Counted from the stretch's first letter, positions 8,693 to 17,990 are shown. The stretch: 26,977 nt of DNA from Bdellovibrionales bacterium (GCA_031426555.1 JANPLN010000032.1:1-26977), one strand, 5' to 3'. Program-made: numbers and translations. Notes: generated from the letters alone by a model not told the origin.

Positions 8693-11629
8693 GTGGATTT
8701 ACAGACTCGTATTGAATCAAAAGGTCGCGAAATTTTTCAATCCCTCGGCGACAATGGCCAGTCGATTTTTAACAAAGACTGGTGGTACGGAAAAATCATG
8801 GAATGGAGCATGCAAAACCCCGCGTTTAAAACGCAAATGTTTCGTTTTGTGGATGTTCTCCCCACCCTATCTTCCAGCTCCGAAGTGGCCCGTCACCTGA
8901 AAGAATATTTTGCGGAAGGTGGAGAAAGTCTTCCTTCGGTTTTTAATTTTGGTGTAGGCCTTGGCTCCCTGGCTCCGGGCCTGATGGCTGGCACCATTAA
9001 AAAGAACGTCGTGCAAATGGCAAAAATGTTTATCACCGGCGAAAACCCCGAAGAGGCCATTGTTGTTTTAAAAAAATCGCGCAAAAATAAAATGACATTC
9101 ACCTTGGATATTCTGGGCGAAGCGTGCTTGAGCGAAAGCGAAGCGCAGGATTATCAAAATCGCTACATGGAACTGATGGATTGGATCGTAAAGGACAGTA
9201 AAAAGTGGGACTACGAACCTCTTATTGATACGGATCATGCCGGCCCCATTCCCAAAGTGAATATCTCGGTAAAAATCACCGCCCTCTATTCGCAAATTCA
9301 CCCAGAGGCGTGGCAACACTCCATCGACATGGTGAAAGATCGCTTGCGTCCAATTTTTCGCAAAGCCAAAGAAGACTTTGTTTTTATCAACGTCGACATG
9401 GAAAAATACGCCATCAAGGATCTCACCATCGAAGTGTTCAAACAGCTTCTGATGGAAGAAGAGTTTAAAACTTACCCGCACTTGGGTATTGTGATTCAAG
9501 CGTACTTGCGCGATTCACTCAAAGACGTGCAAGCTCTTACGGATTTTGCGAAGAAGCGCGGAACGCCTTTTTCTATTCGTTTGGTCAAAGGTGCCTATTG
9601 GGATTACGAAACTGTGGGGGCTCGCCAAAAAAATTGGCCTGTACCGGTTTACACCATCAAAGCTCAGTCGGATGCCAACTACGAAGATTGCACAAAATTT
9701 CTCCTCGACAACAGCCGCTACGTTCGCTTAGCTGTGGCCTCGCACAATATTCGCTCCATTGCCTTTGCAATGAGTTATGCCGACCAGTTAGGTCTGCCAA
9801 AAAACATCTTCGAAATTCAAATGCTCTTCGGAATGGCTGATCCGTTTAAAAAATCCATTGTAACACAAGGGTATCGATTGCGTGAATACTGCCCCGTGGG
9901 CGAAATGCTACCGGGAATGTCGTACCTCGTTCGTCGCCTTTTAGAAAATACCTCGAACGATTCGTTCTTGCGCTCGAAGTTTGCCGACAACGCCTCGGAC
10001 CAGACTCTGCTGGCCGATCCAAAAATTAAATTGACAGGCTTAAAGGATTTGGATTTTGCAAAACCAAGTTTTACCAACGAAGCGCCGGTGGATTTTGGCA
10101 TCACCAGCGAGCGCGAAAAAATGATTCGCGCCATCGAGCAATTTAAAAAATCCAATTACGGCAAAAAATGGTCGGCCTGTATCAACAACGAATGGGTGAC
10201 CAGCAGCGAATGGCTCAACAGCCACGATCCCTCTACAGGAGAAGTGATCGGCCAGATTGCAGCGTGCACAGCCGAACAGGCTGAAAAAGCCATGCAAGCG
10301 GCCCACAAGACCTTTGCCACGTGGTCCACAACTCCTGTGGAAACTCGCTCGGCTCTCCTCGACAAAGTGGCTGATATTTTTGTGCGCGATCGCTTTGAAA
10401 TCTGCGCCAGTCAAGTTTTGGAAGCGGGAAAAACTTGGAAAGAAGCCGACGGCGACGTCACCGAGGCCATTGATTTTATTCGTTACTACGCCCGCGATAT
10501 GCGCAAACTCAACATTCCACAGCGCGTGGGCGGCGTGCCTGGCGAAATTAGTCTTTATACGTATCAAGGGCGCGGCGTAAATGTTGTCATCGCTCCGTGG
10601 AATTTTCCTTTGGCGATCCTCACTGGCATGGTGGCCGCATCGGCCGTCACTGGCAACACCGTGGTAATGAAACCCGCCGAACAGACCTCCATCATCGCCA
10701 CCTATTTGATGAAGGCTTTCATTGAGGCAGGATTTCCAAAAGGCGTTTTACACATGATCACCGGTCGCGGTGAAGTGGTGGGCGAACATTTGGTGGCCCA
10801 TCCGCAAACCGTGATGATTTGTTTTACCGGCTCAAAAGACGTGGGCATGCGCATTTTGCAAAGAGCCTCCGTGCTTCAGCCAGGACAAAAAAATATCAAA
10901 CGCACCATGACGGAGCTCGGCGGCAAAAACGCCATCATCATCGATTCCGATGCAGACTTGGACGAAGCTGTGGTGGGCGTGCTTTATTCGGCCTTTGGCT
11001 TCCAAGGACAAAAGTGTTCGGCCTGCAGTCGCGTGATTGTTCTGGAAGATATTTATGAACGTTTTGTAGATCGTCTGGTAGAGGCCGCCCGTTCTATCGA
11101 AATGGGCGCTGCCGAAAATCCAGCCTCGTGGATGGGTCCTGTGATCGACAGCGAGGCCTGTGAACGCATTAAAAAATATATCGAAATTGGCAAACAGGAA
11201 AGCAAACTGATTTATCAGGGTGTGGTCAACGAAACCCGCGGCTACTTTGTTTCGCCAACAATTTTTGCCGATGTTTCGCCACAGGCGCGCATCGCTCAAG
11301 AAGAAATTTTTGGTCCTGTGCTCGCTTTGATTAAGGTGAAAAACCTTGAAGAGGCATTATCCGTGGCCAACGGCACAGACTACGCTTTGACTGGCGCCTT
11401 TTACTCACGCAGCCCGGGCAATATCGAAGCGGTAAAGAAATCTTTTAACGTGGGCAACCTTTACATCAACCGCGGTTCCACCGGAGCCATGGTGGATCGC
11501 CATCCGTTCGGTGGTTTTAAATTATCCGGTGGTGGCAGCAAAACCGGCGGCCCCGATTACTTATTGCAGTTCATGGATCCAAAAGTCACAACGGAGAACA
11601 CGCTCCGCCGCGGCTTTGCACCAGACTAA
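8693..11629 (+). CDS. putA: Bifunctional proline dehydrogenase / P5C (glutamate semialdehyde) dehydrogenase, minimal type without RHH domain
   Basis: PRODH motifs (RLVKGAYWD, ASHN, YLVRRLLENTSN) and ALDH motifs (PWNFPLAI, FTGS, ELGGKN, GQKCSACSR, EEIFGP). Confidence 0.97.
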   Translation: MDLQTRIESKGREIFQSLGDNGQSIFNKDWWYGKIMEWSMQNPAFKTQMFRFVDVLPTLSSSSEVARHLKEYFAEGGESLPSVFNFGVGLGSLAPGLMAGTIKKNVVQMAKMFITGENPEEAIVVLKKSRKNKMTFTLDILGEACLSESEAQDYQNRYMELMDWIVKDSKKWDYEPLIDTDHAGPIPKVNISVKITALYSQIHPEAWQHSIDMVKDRLRPIFRKAKEDFVFINVDMEKYAIKDLTIEVFKQLLMEEEFKTYPHLGIVIQAYLRDSLKDVQALTDFAKKRGTPFSIRLVKGAYWDYETVGARQKNWPVPVYTIKAQSDANYEDCTKFLLDNSRYVRLAVASHNIRSIAFAMSYADQLGLPKNIFEIQMLFGMADPFKKSIVTQGYRLREYCPVGEMLPGMSYLVRRLLENTSNDSFLRSKFADNASDQTLLADPKIKLTGLKDLDFAKPSFTNEAPVDFGITSEREKMIRAIEQFKKSNYGKKWSACINNEWVTSSEWLNSHDPSTGEVIGQIAACTAEQAEKAMQAAHKTFATWSTTPVETRSALLDKVADIFVRDRFEICASQVLEAGKTWKEADGDVTEAIDFIRYYARDMRKLNIPQRVGGVPGEISLYTYQGRGVNVVIAPWNFPLAILTGMVAASAVTGNTVVMKPAEQTSIIATYLMKAFIEAGFPKGVLHMITGRGEVVGEHLVAHPQTVMICFTGSKDVGMRILQRASVLQPGQKNIKRTMTELGGKNAIIIDSDADLDEAVVGVLYSAFGFQGQKCSACSRVIVLEDIYERFVDRLVEAARSIEMGAAENPASWMGPVIDSEACERIKKYIEIGKQESKLIYQGVVNETRGYFVSPTIFADVSPQARIAQEEIFGPVLALIKVKNLEEALSVANGTDYALTGAFYSRSPGNIEAVKKSFNVGNLYINRGSTGAMVDRHPFGGFKLSGGGSKTGGPDYLLQFMDPKVTTENTLRRGFAPD

Positions 11630-11648
11630 TATTAGTCGGTGCTTCACA

Positions 11649-11729
11649 CCTCCTTACCAAAAGGCACTTGGCACCTTTTCGAGGAGGCAAAAGGTACGCC
11701 GTTCCGCTTGCGGTACGCCGTACCTTTTG
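11649..11729. repeat. Pair of REP-like palindromes (AAAAGG...CCTTTT) downstream of putA
   Basis: AAAAGGCACTTGGCACCTTTT at 11659-11679, and a perfect 11-bp IR CAAAAGGTACG/CGTACCTTTTG at 11688-11698 and 11719-11729. Confidence 0.6.
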
Positions 11730-11761
11730 GTTGAGATGTGCGTCATTATTAGGGGGATCTT

Positions 11762-13423
11762 GTGGGGGGATTTTTATTTTTGCTTTGTGTGTCCGCTTTT
11801 GGGCAGGTGCCGGAGTGGTCGCAGCAGGCGTTGATTCCTGATGGGGGTCGGTGGAATCCCTATGGATTTTCTGAGGATGATTTTGCTGCGAAACGCAGAC
11901 AAGGGCAGATGCATGCGCATCTTTATCCTGTAGAATCCACTGGGATTTTAATTCCTGAAAAACCTTTGCGCGAGATTTTGGACAACACCACGTGGAATCC
12001 CCTAGTGGCTATTCTGAATGAGATTTTTAAAGACGTTACTGACGTGGACAGTTTTGACGGGCTGTTTCGCTGGGCGGGCCTGGTGCCTCCGCCGAATGGC
12101 AATTCACCGTCGCAATTTTTGGTGGCGCTGCCTGAAAGTTTCCAAAACGGGGATCTTTATGGGTTCTCGCGCCTTAAAAAAAATGGCGTTGATGTTTTTA
12201 CGATGAGCTGTGCGGCCTGCCACTCGGATCAACTTTTTGGTCAGACCGTTCTGGGTATGAGCAAACGCTTTCCCCGCGCCAATGACTTTTTTATTCGCGC
12301 ACAGAAAGCGGCGCCTCTTTACAGTCCGTGGCTTGTGCAATTGTACACTGGGGCCACCGACGCGGAGATGGAATTTTTGAATCGCGCTTTTAAAAACCTC
12401 AATGCCGTGGGCTTGCGGAAGCCCAACACTCTAGGGCTCGACACCTCCCTCGCGCAGGTGGCTCTCTCGCTCAATAAGCGGGCGGCTACACCCTGGGCCG
12501 AAAAAGATCCATTCTACGAAAACGCTCCGCGCCCCGACGACTTAGATCGTTACCCCGGAGACTCTAAACCCGCCGTGTGGTGGAATACAAAGTACAAAAC
12601 TCGCTGGCTCTCCGATGGCTCGGTGATCGACGGAAATCCGATTTATACCAATCTACTGTGGAACGAAATCGGTCGTGGAAGCGACTTGCACGAGCTCGAT
12701 GCCTGGTTTGCAAAAAATCCAAATGTGATCGAGGAACTCACCACCATGGTGTTTTCCTCGGAGGCGCCGCGCTTTGAGGATTTTTTTGCAGCCGAAAAAA
12801 TCAACCGCGAGTCTGTAATTAGCGGTGAAAAGATATTTTTGCGCACCTGCACCCGATGCCATGGTGTTTACGAAAAAAACTGGAATCAACCCAACGCTGA
12901 AATGTTAACCTGGGCTGAACAGCTGAAAACTCGCCGCGTGGTTTATCCGCAACCCACCCGCGTGTACGACGTAGGCACCGATCCCTTCAGACGCCGGGCC
13001 ATGAAAAGTTTGGAGCGCTTAAACGAGCTGCAAATATCGAAAAATCAAGGCATCGTCGTGCAGGCCCAGGAGGGCTACGTTCCTCCACCGCTTGTTGGTA
13101 TCTGGGCGCGGTGGCCGTACTTGCATAATAATTCGATCCCCAATCTCTGCGCACTCCTCACGCGCTCTGAGAAGCGCCCTAAAACCTATGTGGCTGGGCC
13201 ACCGAAAGACGCTGTTCGGGATTTTGATAGTGAGTGCAATGGTTATCCCCTCGCTGCCAAAACGCCCAGCGATTGGTTTGTCGATCCCGATTATTTCTTC
13301 AATACTAAAATTAAAGGCTTATCTAATTCGGGTCACGATGAAGGAATATTTTTGAATCGAGGAGTCGATATTTTGTCAGCACAAGACAAAAGCGATCTCA
13401 TTCAATTTTTACAGACTCTCTAG
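11762..13423 (+). CDS. RoxA-like (rubber oxygenase family) exported diheme c-type cytochrome
   Basis: Two CxxCH motifs (CAACH, CTRCH); VGTDPFR; GYVPPPLVGIWARWPYLHNNSIPNL MauG/RoxA-like motif; SNSGH; hydrophobic N-terminus. Confidence 0.75.
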   Translation: MGGFLFLLCVSAFGQVPEWSQQALIPDGGRWNPYGFSEDDFAAKRRQGQMHAHLYPVESTGILIPEKPLREILDNTTWNPLVAILNEIFKDVTDVDSFDGLFRWAGLVPPPNGNSPSQFLVALPESFQNGDLYGFSRLKKNGVDVFTMSCAACHSDQLFGQTVLGMSKRFPRANDFFIRAQKAAPLYSPWLVQLYTGATDAEMEFLNRAFKNLNAVGLRKPNTLGLDTSLAQVALSLNKRAATPWAEKDPFYENAPRPDDLDRYPGDSKPAVWWNTKYKTRWLSDGSVIDGNPIYTNLLWNEIGRGSDLHELDAWFAKNPNVIEELTTMVFSSEAPRFEDFFAAEKINRESVISGEKIFLRTCTRCHGVYEKNWNQPNAEMLTWAEQLKTRRVVYPQPTRVYDVGTDPFRRRAMKSLERLNELQISKNQGIVVQAQEGYVPPPLVGIWARWPYLHNNSIPNLCALLTRSEKRPKTYVAGPPKDAVRDFDSECNGYPLAAKTPSDWFVDPDYFFNTKIKGLSNSGHDEGIFLNRGVDILSAQDKSDLIQFLQTL

Positions 13424-13489
13424 GTTCCTTTTTCTAAAACGATCCCATGTCTTGACCTGCCACTCCCATCACCTTTAGATTGAAGGCCG

Positions 13490-14392
13490 GTGATGAAAAA
13501 ACGAACATTCCTTATTCTTATTAGCGGTCTTCTCTTTTTTGGGTTGTGTTTTTTATTTGTAAATGACTTCTTCTTAAAGTCTGCCGTGATGCTCACACAG
13601 GATACGAATTGTCGATGTGAGCAGAATAGCGAAGCCGATGTTTTCGAACACCCCTTGCGCTACGTGCGGAATAACTACAAAGGCGTTTGTGTTGATTCTT
13701 GCAAGTATCGGTACCCCTTGGTCATTCACTCTTCGAAAGACGAGAAGATAATTTCTGTGGCCAACACCCTGCATGAGCAGCAATTTTGGGTGGCGGAGAT
13801 ACCCGTGGACGCCATTACCTCCGTGAAAGTGCTTTTTGAAAACTTTGCCCCCGGCATTAACCACGTCGCGTTCCAATTTATATTTGCGCCGAAGCACGAA
13901 GTTTTGTTGCACCCACAGAGTCGCTCTTTATTGCAAAAATTCACACACATTCAGTCCATTGTTCTGTCGCCCGAGGCAGCTCCGCCCATGGGTCACAAAT
14001 ACAACCTTTGGGACGGCTTCATGGGCAACTACGCGCTGATGAATCGTTTTGTGAGCTACGATGCCTATCGAGATATGGCTCTTCAATTGAAGCATCCTCT
14101 CAAGTCCCATCGCCTTAAGATCAATTTGCAAGAGGCACAAAGTCTTTTGAGTTTTTTGTTGCTGGATGCAAAGAACGTCTATCAAAACCAGTATCAGCTG
14201 GTTTTTAACAACTGCGCCACATCGGTCATTGATTCAACTCTGCAAGCAAAAAAGATGCTGCGGTCTAAAACATGGGATGTTTGGGATGTGCTCGACCCAC
14301 TCAGAGGAATTCCAAGCACGCAACCCATAGGTACGATGCGAACACTTCAGTGGTGGGGCTTGATTGATGCCGACTCTCTAATCGACAACTAA
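13490..14392 (+). CDS. DUF4105/Lnb N-terminal-like domain protein with N-terminal membrane anchor
   Basis: NHVAFQF His and YQLVFNNCAT Cys motifs typical of DUF4105; TTGACC-N18-TAGATT promoter upstream. Confidence 0.65.
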   Translation: MMKKRTFLILISGLLFFGLCFLFVNDFFLKSAVMLTQDTNCRCEQNSEADVFEHPLRYVRNNYKGVCVDSCKYRYPLVIHSSKDEKIISVANTLHEQQFWVAEIPVDAITSVKVLFENFAPGINHVAFQFIFAPKHEVLLHPQSRSLLQKFTHIQSIVLSPEAAPPMGHKYNLWDGFMGNYALMNRFVSYDAYRDMALQLKHPLKSHRLKINLQEAQSLLSFLLLDAKNVYQNQYQLVFNNCATSVIDSTLQAKKMLRSKTWDVWDVLDPLRGIPSTQPIGTMRTLQWWGLIDADSLIDN

Positions 14393-14989
14393 AGACAGCA
14401 GCTGATTTTCTTTGCCCATGGTAAACTCGAAGGTCGCATGGCCTGCAGCCGTTTGAACTTCGTAAACTTCGGTTTTTTTCTGACCTTGTTTGCGAACAGA
14501 CACTTTGCGAATGGAATTTAAACCCGGAGCCAATGCGGCCGCGTTACTTTCGATAAACTCAAAACGATCGCGAACCATTGTCGCGCCATTCGAATTGGCG
14601 TTAAGCGTGATTTGTGTCACCCGTCCGTTGTCGGTGGTGATCGAGTACTTTCCTGCCAGAGGGCCGAAGGTTAAACTATCCGCTGCCGTTGGTCTTTGTG
14701 CCACCTCGGTGATTAACTCTTTATTTAAATTTTCAAAAGTTTTTAAATTGTCGGTTTTTACAACGGGCGAAAGACTCGCCAGCCCACGCTGAATTTTTTG
14801 CTGCTTTTCAACTTCCATTTCTTTTTGGAAGAGCGAAAAATTAAAGCTAACTACCAGAAGCATCAAAAAAGCCATGGTACCAGCCGTCACGCCTTTGAGA
14901 TCAGCGGCACCTGTCTCATTTCTCTTAGCACCTGGTTTGGGTTTCGGCTTAAAAGGAAGAACGTTAGATTTGTCCTTGTTATCACTCAT
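14378..14989 (-). CDS. Hypothetical single-pass membrane protein
   Basis: Basic N-terminal tail, one TM (MAFLMLLVVSFNFSLF), RGLAS linker, beta-rich C-terminal domain; GGGAG SD before ATG 14989. Confidence 0.75.
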   Translation of the reverse strand: MSDNKDKSNVLPFKPKPKPGAKRNETGAADLKGVTAGTMAFLMLLVVSFNFSLFQKEMEVEKQQKIQRGLASLSPVVKTDNLKTFENLNKELITEVAQRPTAADSLTFGPLAGKYSITTDNGRVTQITLNANSNGATMVRDRFEFIESNAAALAPGLNSIRKVSVRKQGQKKTEVYEVQTAAGHATFEFTMGKENQLLSLVVD

Positions 14990-15016
14990 ATTCAACTCCC
15001 GTTACCTTATCTAGTA

Positions 15017-15032
15017 TGCGAATCACGTACCA
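15017..15032 (-). promoter_or_regulatory. Possible sigma54 -24/-12 promoter TGGTACG-N4-TCGCA
   Basis: GG-N10-GC spacing, two mismatches to TGGCACG-N4-TTGC, placed just upstream of the SD. Confidence 0.4.
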
Positions 15033-15099
15033 AACGTCGATCAATCTAAACGGAGGAAAGTCCTGTAAAGCGTCTCAATGTTTAACACTGACCAACTAT

Positions 15100-15127
15100 T
15101 TATCGGTATCGACCGTTCACTTATTGA
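15100..15127 (-). promoter_or_regulatory. Sigma28-like promoter TCAA-N16-ACCGATAA
   Basis: Same motif and spacing as the other sigma28-like sites in the window. Confidence 0.55.
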
Positions 15128-15217
15128 GACATAAAAACGTCTCAATCTGAAACGTTTTTGTCATGGACACTGGGTATAGATATTGCCTCAAAGCTATTGG
15201 CCTGGTACCTTTTTTGG

Positions 15218-15571
15218 ATGATGTTTTTGCGATCTCTATTTTTTCCGATTGGTCTTTTATTCTTGTCGAACATTTTTATGACCTTCGCATGGTATGGTCA
15301 TCTGAAGGACCACAAAACCTCGGCCCTATGGCTGGTGATCCTCAGCAGTTGGGGTATTGCTTTTTTTGAATACACACTGATGATTCCTGCCAACCGCTTA
15401 GGACTTCAACACTACAATCTCGCTCAACTTAAAATTATTCAGGAAGTCGTGACCATGATTGTATTTTCGGGGTTTGCAATTTTTTACATGAAAGAAAATT
15501 TACGCCTGGATTATCTTTGGGCCAGTCTTTGTTTAGTAGGCGCTGTGTACTTTATTTTCCGTGGCTCTTAA
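15218..15571 (+). CDS. DMT family (DUF486) small membrane protein
   Basis: LSNIFMTFAWYGHLK, SWGIAFFEY, PANRLG and QLKIIQEV signature. Confidence 0.9.
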   Translation: MMFLRSLFFPIGLLFLSNIFMTFAWYGHLKDHKTSALWLVILSSWGIAFFEYTLMIPANRLGLQHYNLAQLKIIQEVVTMIVFSGFAIFYMKENLRLDYLWASLCLVGAVYFIFRGS

Positions 15572-16097
15572 CACTTCCGCTTCCCAAAATCTTTTCGAGC
15601 TCCACTAGTTTTAACCCGGCAACCTTTGGTCTTCCAAACCGCGGATCCTCGGGGAACGGCTGCGAAACTCCGTTGCGAACATAACCGAAACGTTCGTACC
15701 ACGCGATGAGTTCCAAGCGCGAGTGAATCACCGTTATTTTTGCGAGACCAAATCCCCAGCTTCGAATCTGCTCTTCACAAAACAGTAAGAGTTTTTTTCC
15801 CACCCCTTGATTTTGCACAGCGGTGCTCACCGAAACCATACCGACGTAACCGAAGTTTGATTCTTTTTTAAGATGAACTGAGGCTGCGAGGGTGTCCTTG
15901 TCGTGGTCAATCACAAAAAGTAAACTTTCTGGCTCCTCAATCATCTCGCGAATCATTTGCGCATCGGTTCTTTGCCCGTCCAAAATATCAGACTCGCTGG
16001 TCCAACCTTTCGTGGCTGCTTCTCCGCGATAGACCGACTCCACCAACTTCACAATTTTCGAAATATCTTCAATATTCGCACGACGAATGGGTGACAT
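15552..16097 (-). CDS. GNAT family N-acetyltransferase
   Basis: Acetyl-CoA motif QNQGVGKKLL and LIAWYERFGY; start at MSPIRRA. Confidence 0.9.
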   Translation of the reverse strand: MSPIRRANIEDISKIVKLVESVYRGEAATKGWTSESDILDGQRTDAQMIREMIEEPESLLFVIDHDKDTLAASVHLKKESNFGYVGMVSVSTAVQNQGVGKKLLLFCEEQIRSWGFGLAKITVIHSRLELIAWYERFGYVRNGVSQPFPEDPRFGRPKVAGLKLVELEKILGSGSVKSHGK

Positions 16098-16125
16098 CTT
16101 TGTACTTCTAGCATATTTTTTCGCG

Positions 16126-16623
16126 ATGCCAAAACTGTTTTTAATCCGCCATGCCATCGCCGAAGATCGTGAAGTTTTTGCGAAAACAGACCTTCCCGAC
16201 GAACAACGTCCGCTCACGTTAGACGGCCGCAGTAAAATGCATAGAATTGCTAAAAAACTATTTTTGCAGGAACCGGAAATTAAAATTTTTTACCAGAGTC
16301 CCCTGGTTCGCTCGCAACAAACCGTGGAAGTTTTAAAAGAGCATTATAAAAAAGCCACAGTGAAGACCTTAAAGTCGCTGAGTCCTGGGAGCCCGGTTGA
16401 GCAACTGCTCAAAGACCTGCAGCAACAGCCTCCGCAAGAAATGGCTCTCATAGGTCACGAGAACCATATCTCTGAATACCTTACGTATTTGCTTACCGGA
16501 AAAATTGAACCGAATCCTTTTTCATTTAAAAAAGGTGGAATCGCCTGTTTAGAATATAAAAAAATTCAGGCGGGTTTTTTTAAACTCAAATGGATTGTGA
16601 CGCCAAAAGTGTTTTTAGCCTGA
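16126..16623 (+). CDS. sixA: SixA-like phosphohistidine phosphatase
   Basis: LIRHAIAE, DEQRPLT, SPLVRSQQT, LIGHEN, FKKGGIA. Confidence 0.85.
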   Translation: MPKLFLIRHAIAEDREVFAKTDLPDEQRPLTLDGRSKMHRIAKKLFLQEPEIKIFYQSPLVRSQQTVEVLKEHYKKATVKTLKSLSPGSPVEQLLKDLQQQPPQEMALIGHENHISEYLTYLLTGKIEPNPFSFKKGGIACLEYKKIQAGFFKLKWIVTPKVFLA

Positions 16624-16629
16624 CGTCAC

Positions 16630-17475
16630 TTATGGAGTTGTTTTTGCGAAGTGCGAATGGTTCCGCCATTCGAAAACCTGCAGAAAGTTCGGATTGGCTT
16701 CTAAAGGTAGCTCGGGCGATGTTTGTAAAAACGAGGCAAGTTCTGACCACGCTGACGAAGGCTCTCGCTGCTCCAACCGTAGACTTTTTTGCTGCGCCTG
16801 AACCCAACGAACCAAATGCTCGGCTTTGTTAGAATTCCAGTGCCTCAATACAACCACTCGCTTTGCGGGCTGCTTGAGCCACCCCATAGCATGATGCATG
16901 GACAGTCGCACCCAACGCCCGGGTGTATCCTGAAACCACGAGTGCATATCGCCTTGATCGTTTTTCGAAATCACCGACAGTTTATCATCCGCCAAGATCA
17001 CATCACCGTTTTGCAATTCGGAGATAGACGTCACATTTTGTGCATCCAGTAAATAAGGATTGGAAGTAAGCTGCCGCTGGGAATTGGTAAACACGGGTTG
17101 TTCTGAAGGAGTTTCCCGCTGGTTGCTAGCCAGAACTTGCTCCTCGATTTTGCGCCATTCATTTTGCACATCAAACGCGAGTCTTTGGCAATCGACACTG
17201 AGTTGGGGATCTTTTTGAATCCACTCATTGAGCTTTTGCCGTAGTTCCATACGTAAACTATAAAATTGCGTCGACGAATCTGTTGGTTTGATTTTTTCAG
17301 TTTGCACAGAGTTTTGCAAATCGGTGAGTTGCATGTGGCAAAAGATAGGATCGAGGTGTGCAATGGACGGTGGCGGGGCAACAGCGATGGAGATGAGTGC
17401 TGGAGGTGGTGCGGATGAGCACGCCATCAGCGTAAGAAAACAGGTTGTCGTAGGAAGCAAAATAGAAAACTTCAT
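16630..17475 (-). CDS. Hypothetical lipoprotein, possibly a degenerate permuted NlpC/P60 (YiiX/YebB-like) protein
   Basis: Lipobox LMAC-S; LQNGDVILA resembles the YiiX N-terminal strand; catalytic residues not evident. Confidence 0.55.
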   Translation of the reverse strand: MKFSILLPTTTCFLTLMACSSAPPPALISIAVAPPPSIAHLDPIFCHMQLTDLQNSVQTEKIKPTDSSTQFYSLRMELRQKLNEWIQKDPQLSVDCQRLAFDVQNEWRKIEEQVLASNQRETPSEQPVFTNSQRQLTSNPYLLDAQNVTSISELQNGDVILADDKLSVISKNDQGDMHSWFQDTPGRWVRLSMHHAMGWLKQPAKRVVVLRHWNSNKAEHLVRWVQAQQKSLRLEQREPSSAWSELASFLQTSPELPLEANPNFLQVFEWRNHSHFAKTTP

Positions 17476-17481
17476 ATCTCT

Positions 17482-17509
17482 TTGTCGGAAAAATAAAAAA
17501 CCAGCTCGA
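17482..17509 (-). promoter_or_regulatory. Sigma28-like promoter TCGA-N16-TCCGACAA
   Basis: -10 box lies 6 nt before ATG 17475; overlaps the terminator hairpin. Confidence 0.45.
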
Positions 17510-17520
17510 GGCTGGTTTTT
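17496..17520. terminator. Intrinsic terminator (bidirectional type) after the Fis-like gene
   Basis: AAAAACCAGC-TCGAG-GCTGGTTTTT hairpin with A and T tracts on both sides. Confidence 0.7.
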
Positions 17521-17555
17521 GAAAACGTGAATTTAAGCGAGCTGCTACGAGCAGC

Positions 17556-17939
17556 TTACGCTGCTCTTCGGCGACGAGCTTGTGAAGGATCGATATTGTA
17601 GAGTTTTACTTTGCGATAAAGCGTGGCGCGACCAATACCAAGGGCTTTAGCAGCTTCGGTTAAATTTCCGCGAAAACTTTGAATCGCTTTTTCGATGGCC
17701 TGGGCCTCGAGATCGTTGATGGTAGCAACTTGTGAGTTTTGACCAGAGTTTTGCACTCCTGGAAACTGGAGAACATTGGAACCGTTAATTGGACTTACTC
17801 CTGATGATAGGGATGGCATGCCTTGAGCATAGCCCGGAGCTTGCACTTCGCATTGAACACCCATTGTTTGTGCGAACTCTTGTCCTCTGTGGACTACAAC
17901 CGGATCATCGCTCACGATAATGATTTTAGAATAAGACAT
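17556..17939 (-). CDS. Stand-alone Fis/NtrC-type HTH (HTH_8) DNA-binding protein
   Basis: LEAQAIEKAIQSFRGNLTEAAKALGIGRATLYRKVK; GGAGG SD before ATG 17939; no AAA+ domain. Confidence 0.88.
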   Translation of the reverse strand: MSYSKIIIVSDDPVVVHRGQEFAQTMGVQCEVQAPGYAQGMPSLSSGVSPINGSNVLQFPGVQNSGQNSQVATINDLEAQAIEKAIQSFRGNLTEAAKALGIGRATLYRKVKLYNIDPSQARRRRAA

Positions 17940-17990
17940 GAAAACCTCCATAAATAAGTCAGTGCCATACGTTTATTGGCTACTTCCCAT

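Noticed and set aside
11736..11770. G6 tract at the start of the RoxA-like gene as a phase-variation switch (one extra G would fuse an upstream ATG and give a longer signal peptide)
   Set aside because: The tract is short and GTG 11762 already has a purine-rich SD; read data would be needed
8691..13355. Numerous short alternative-frame ORFs inside putA and the cytochrome gene
   Set aside because: Fully nested in well-supported genes, with no motifs or start signals
7570..16623. Two histidine phosphatases as a dedicated module for the two-component system
   Set aside because: They are in separate transcription units 8 kb apart; nothing in the sequence links them to the kinase
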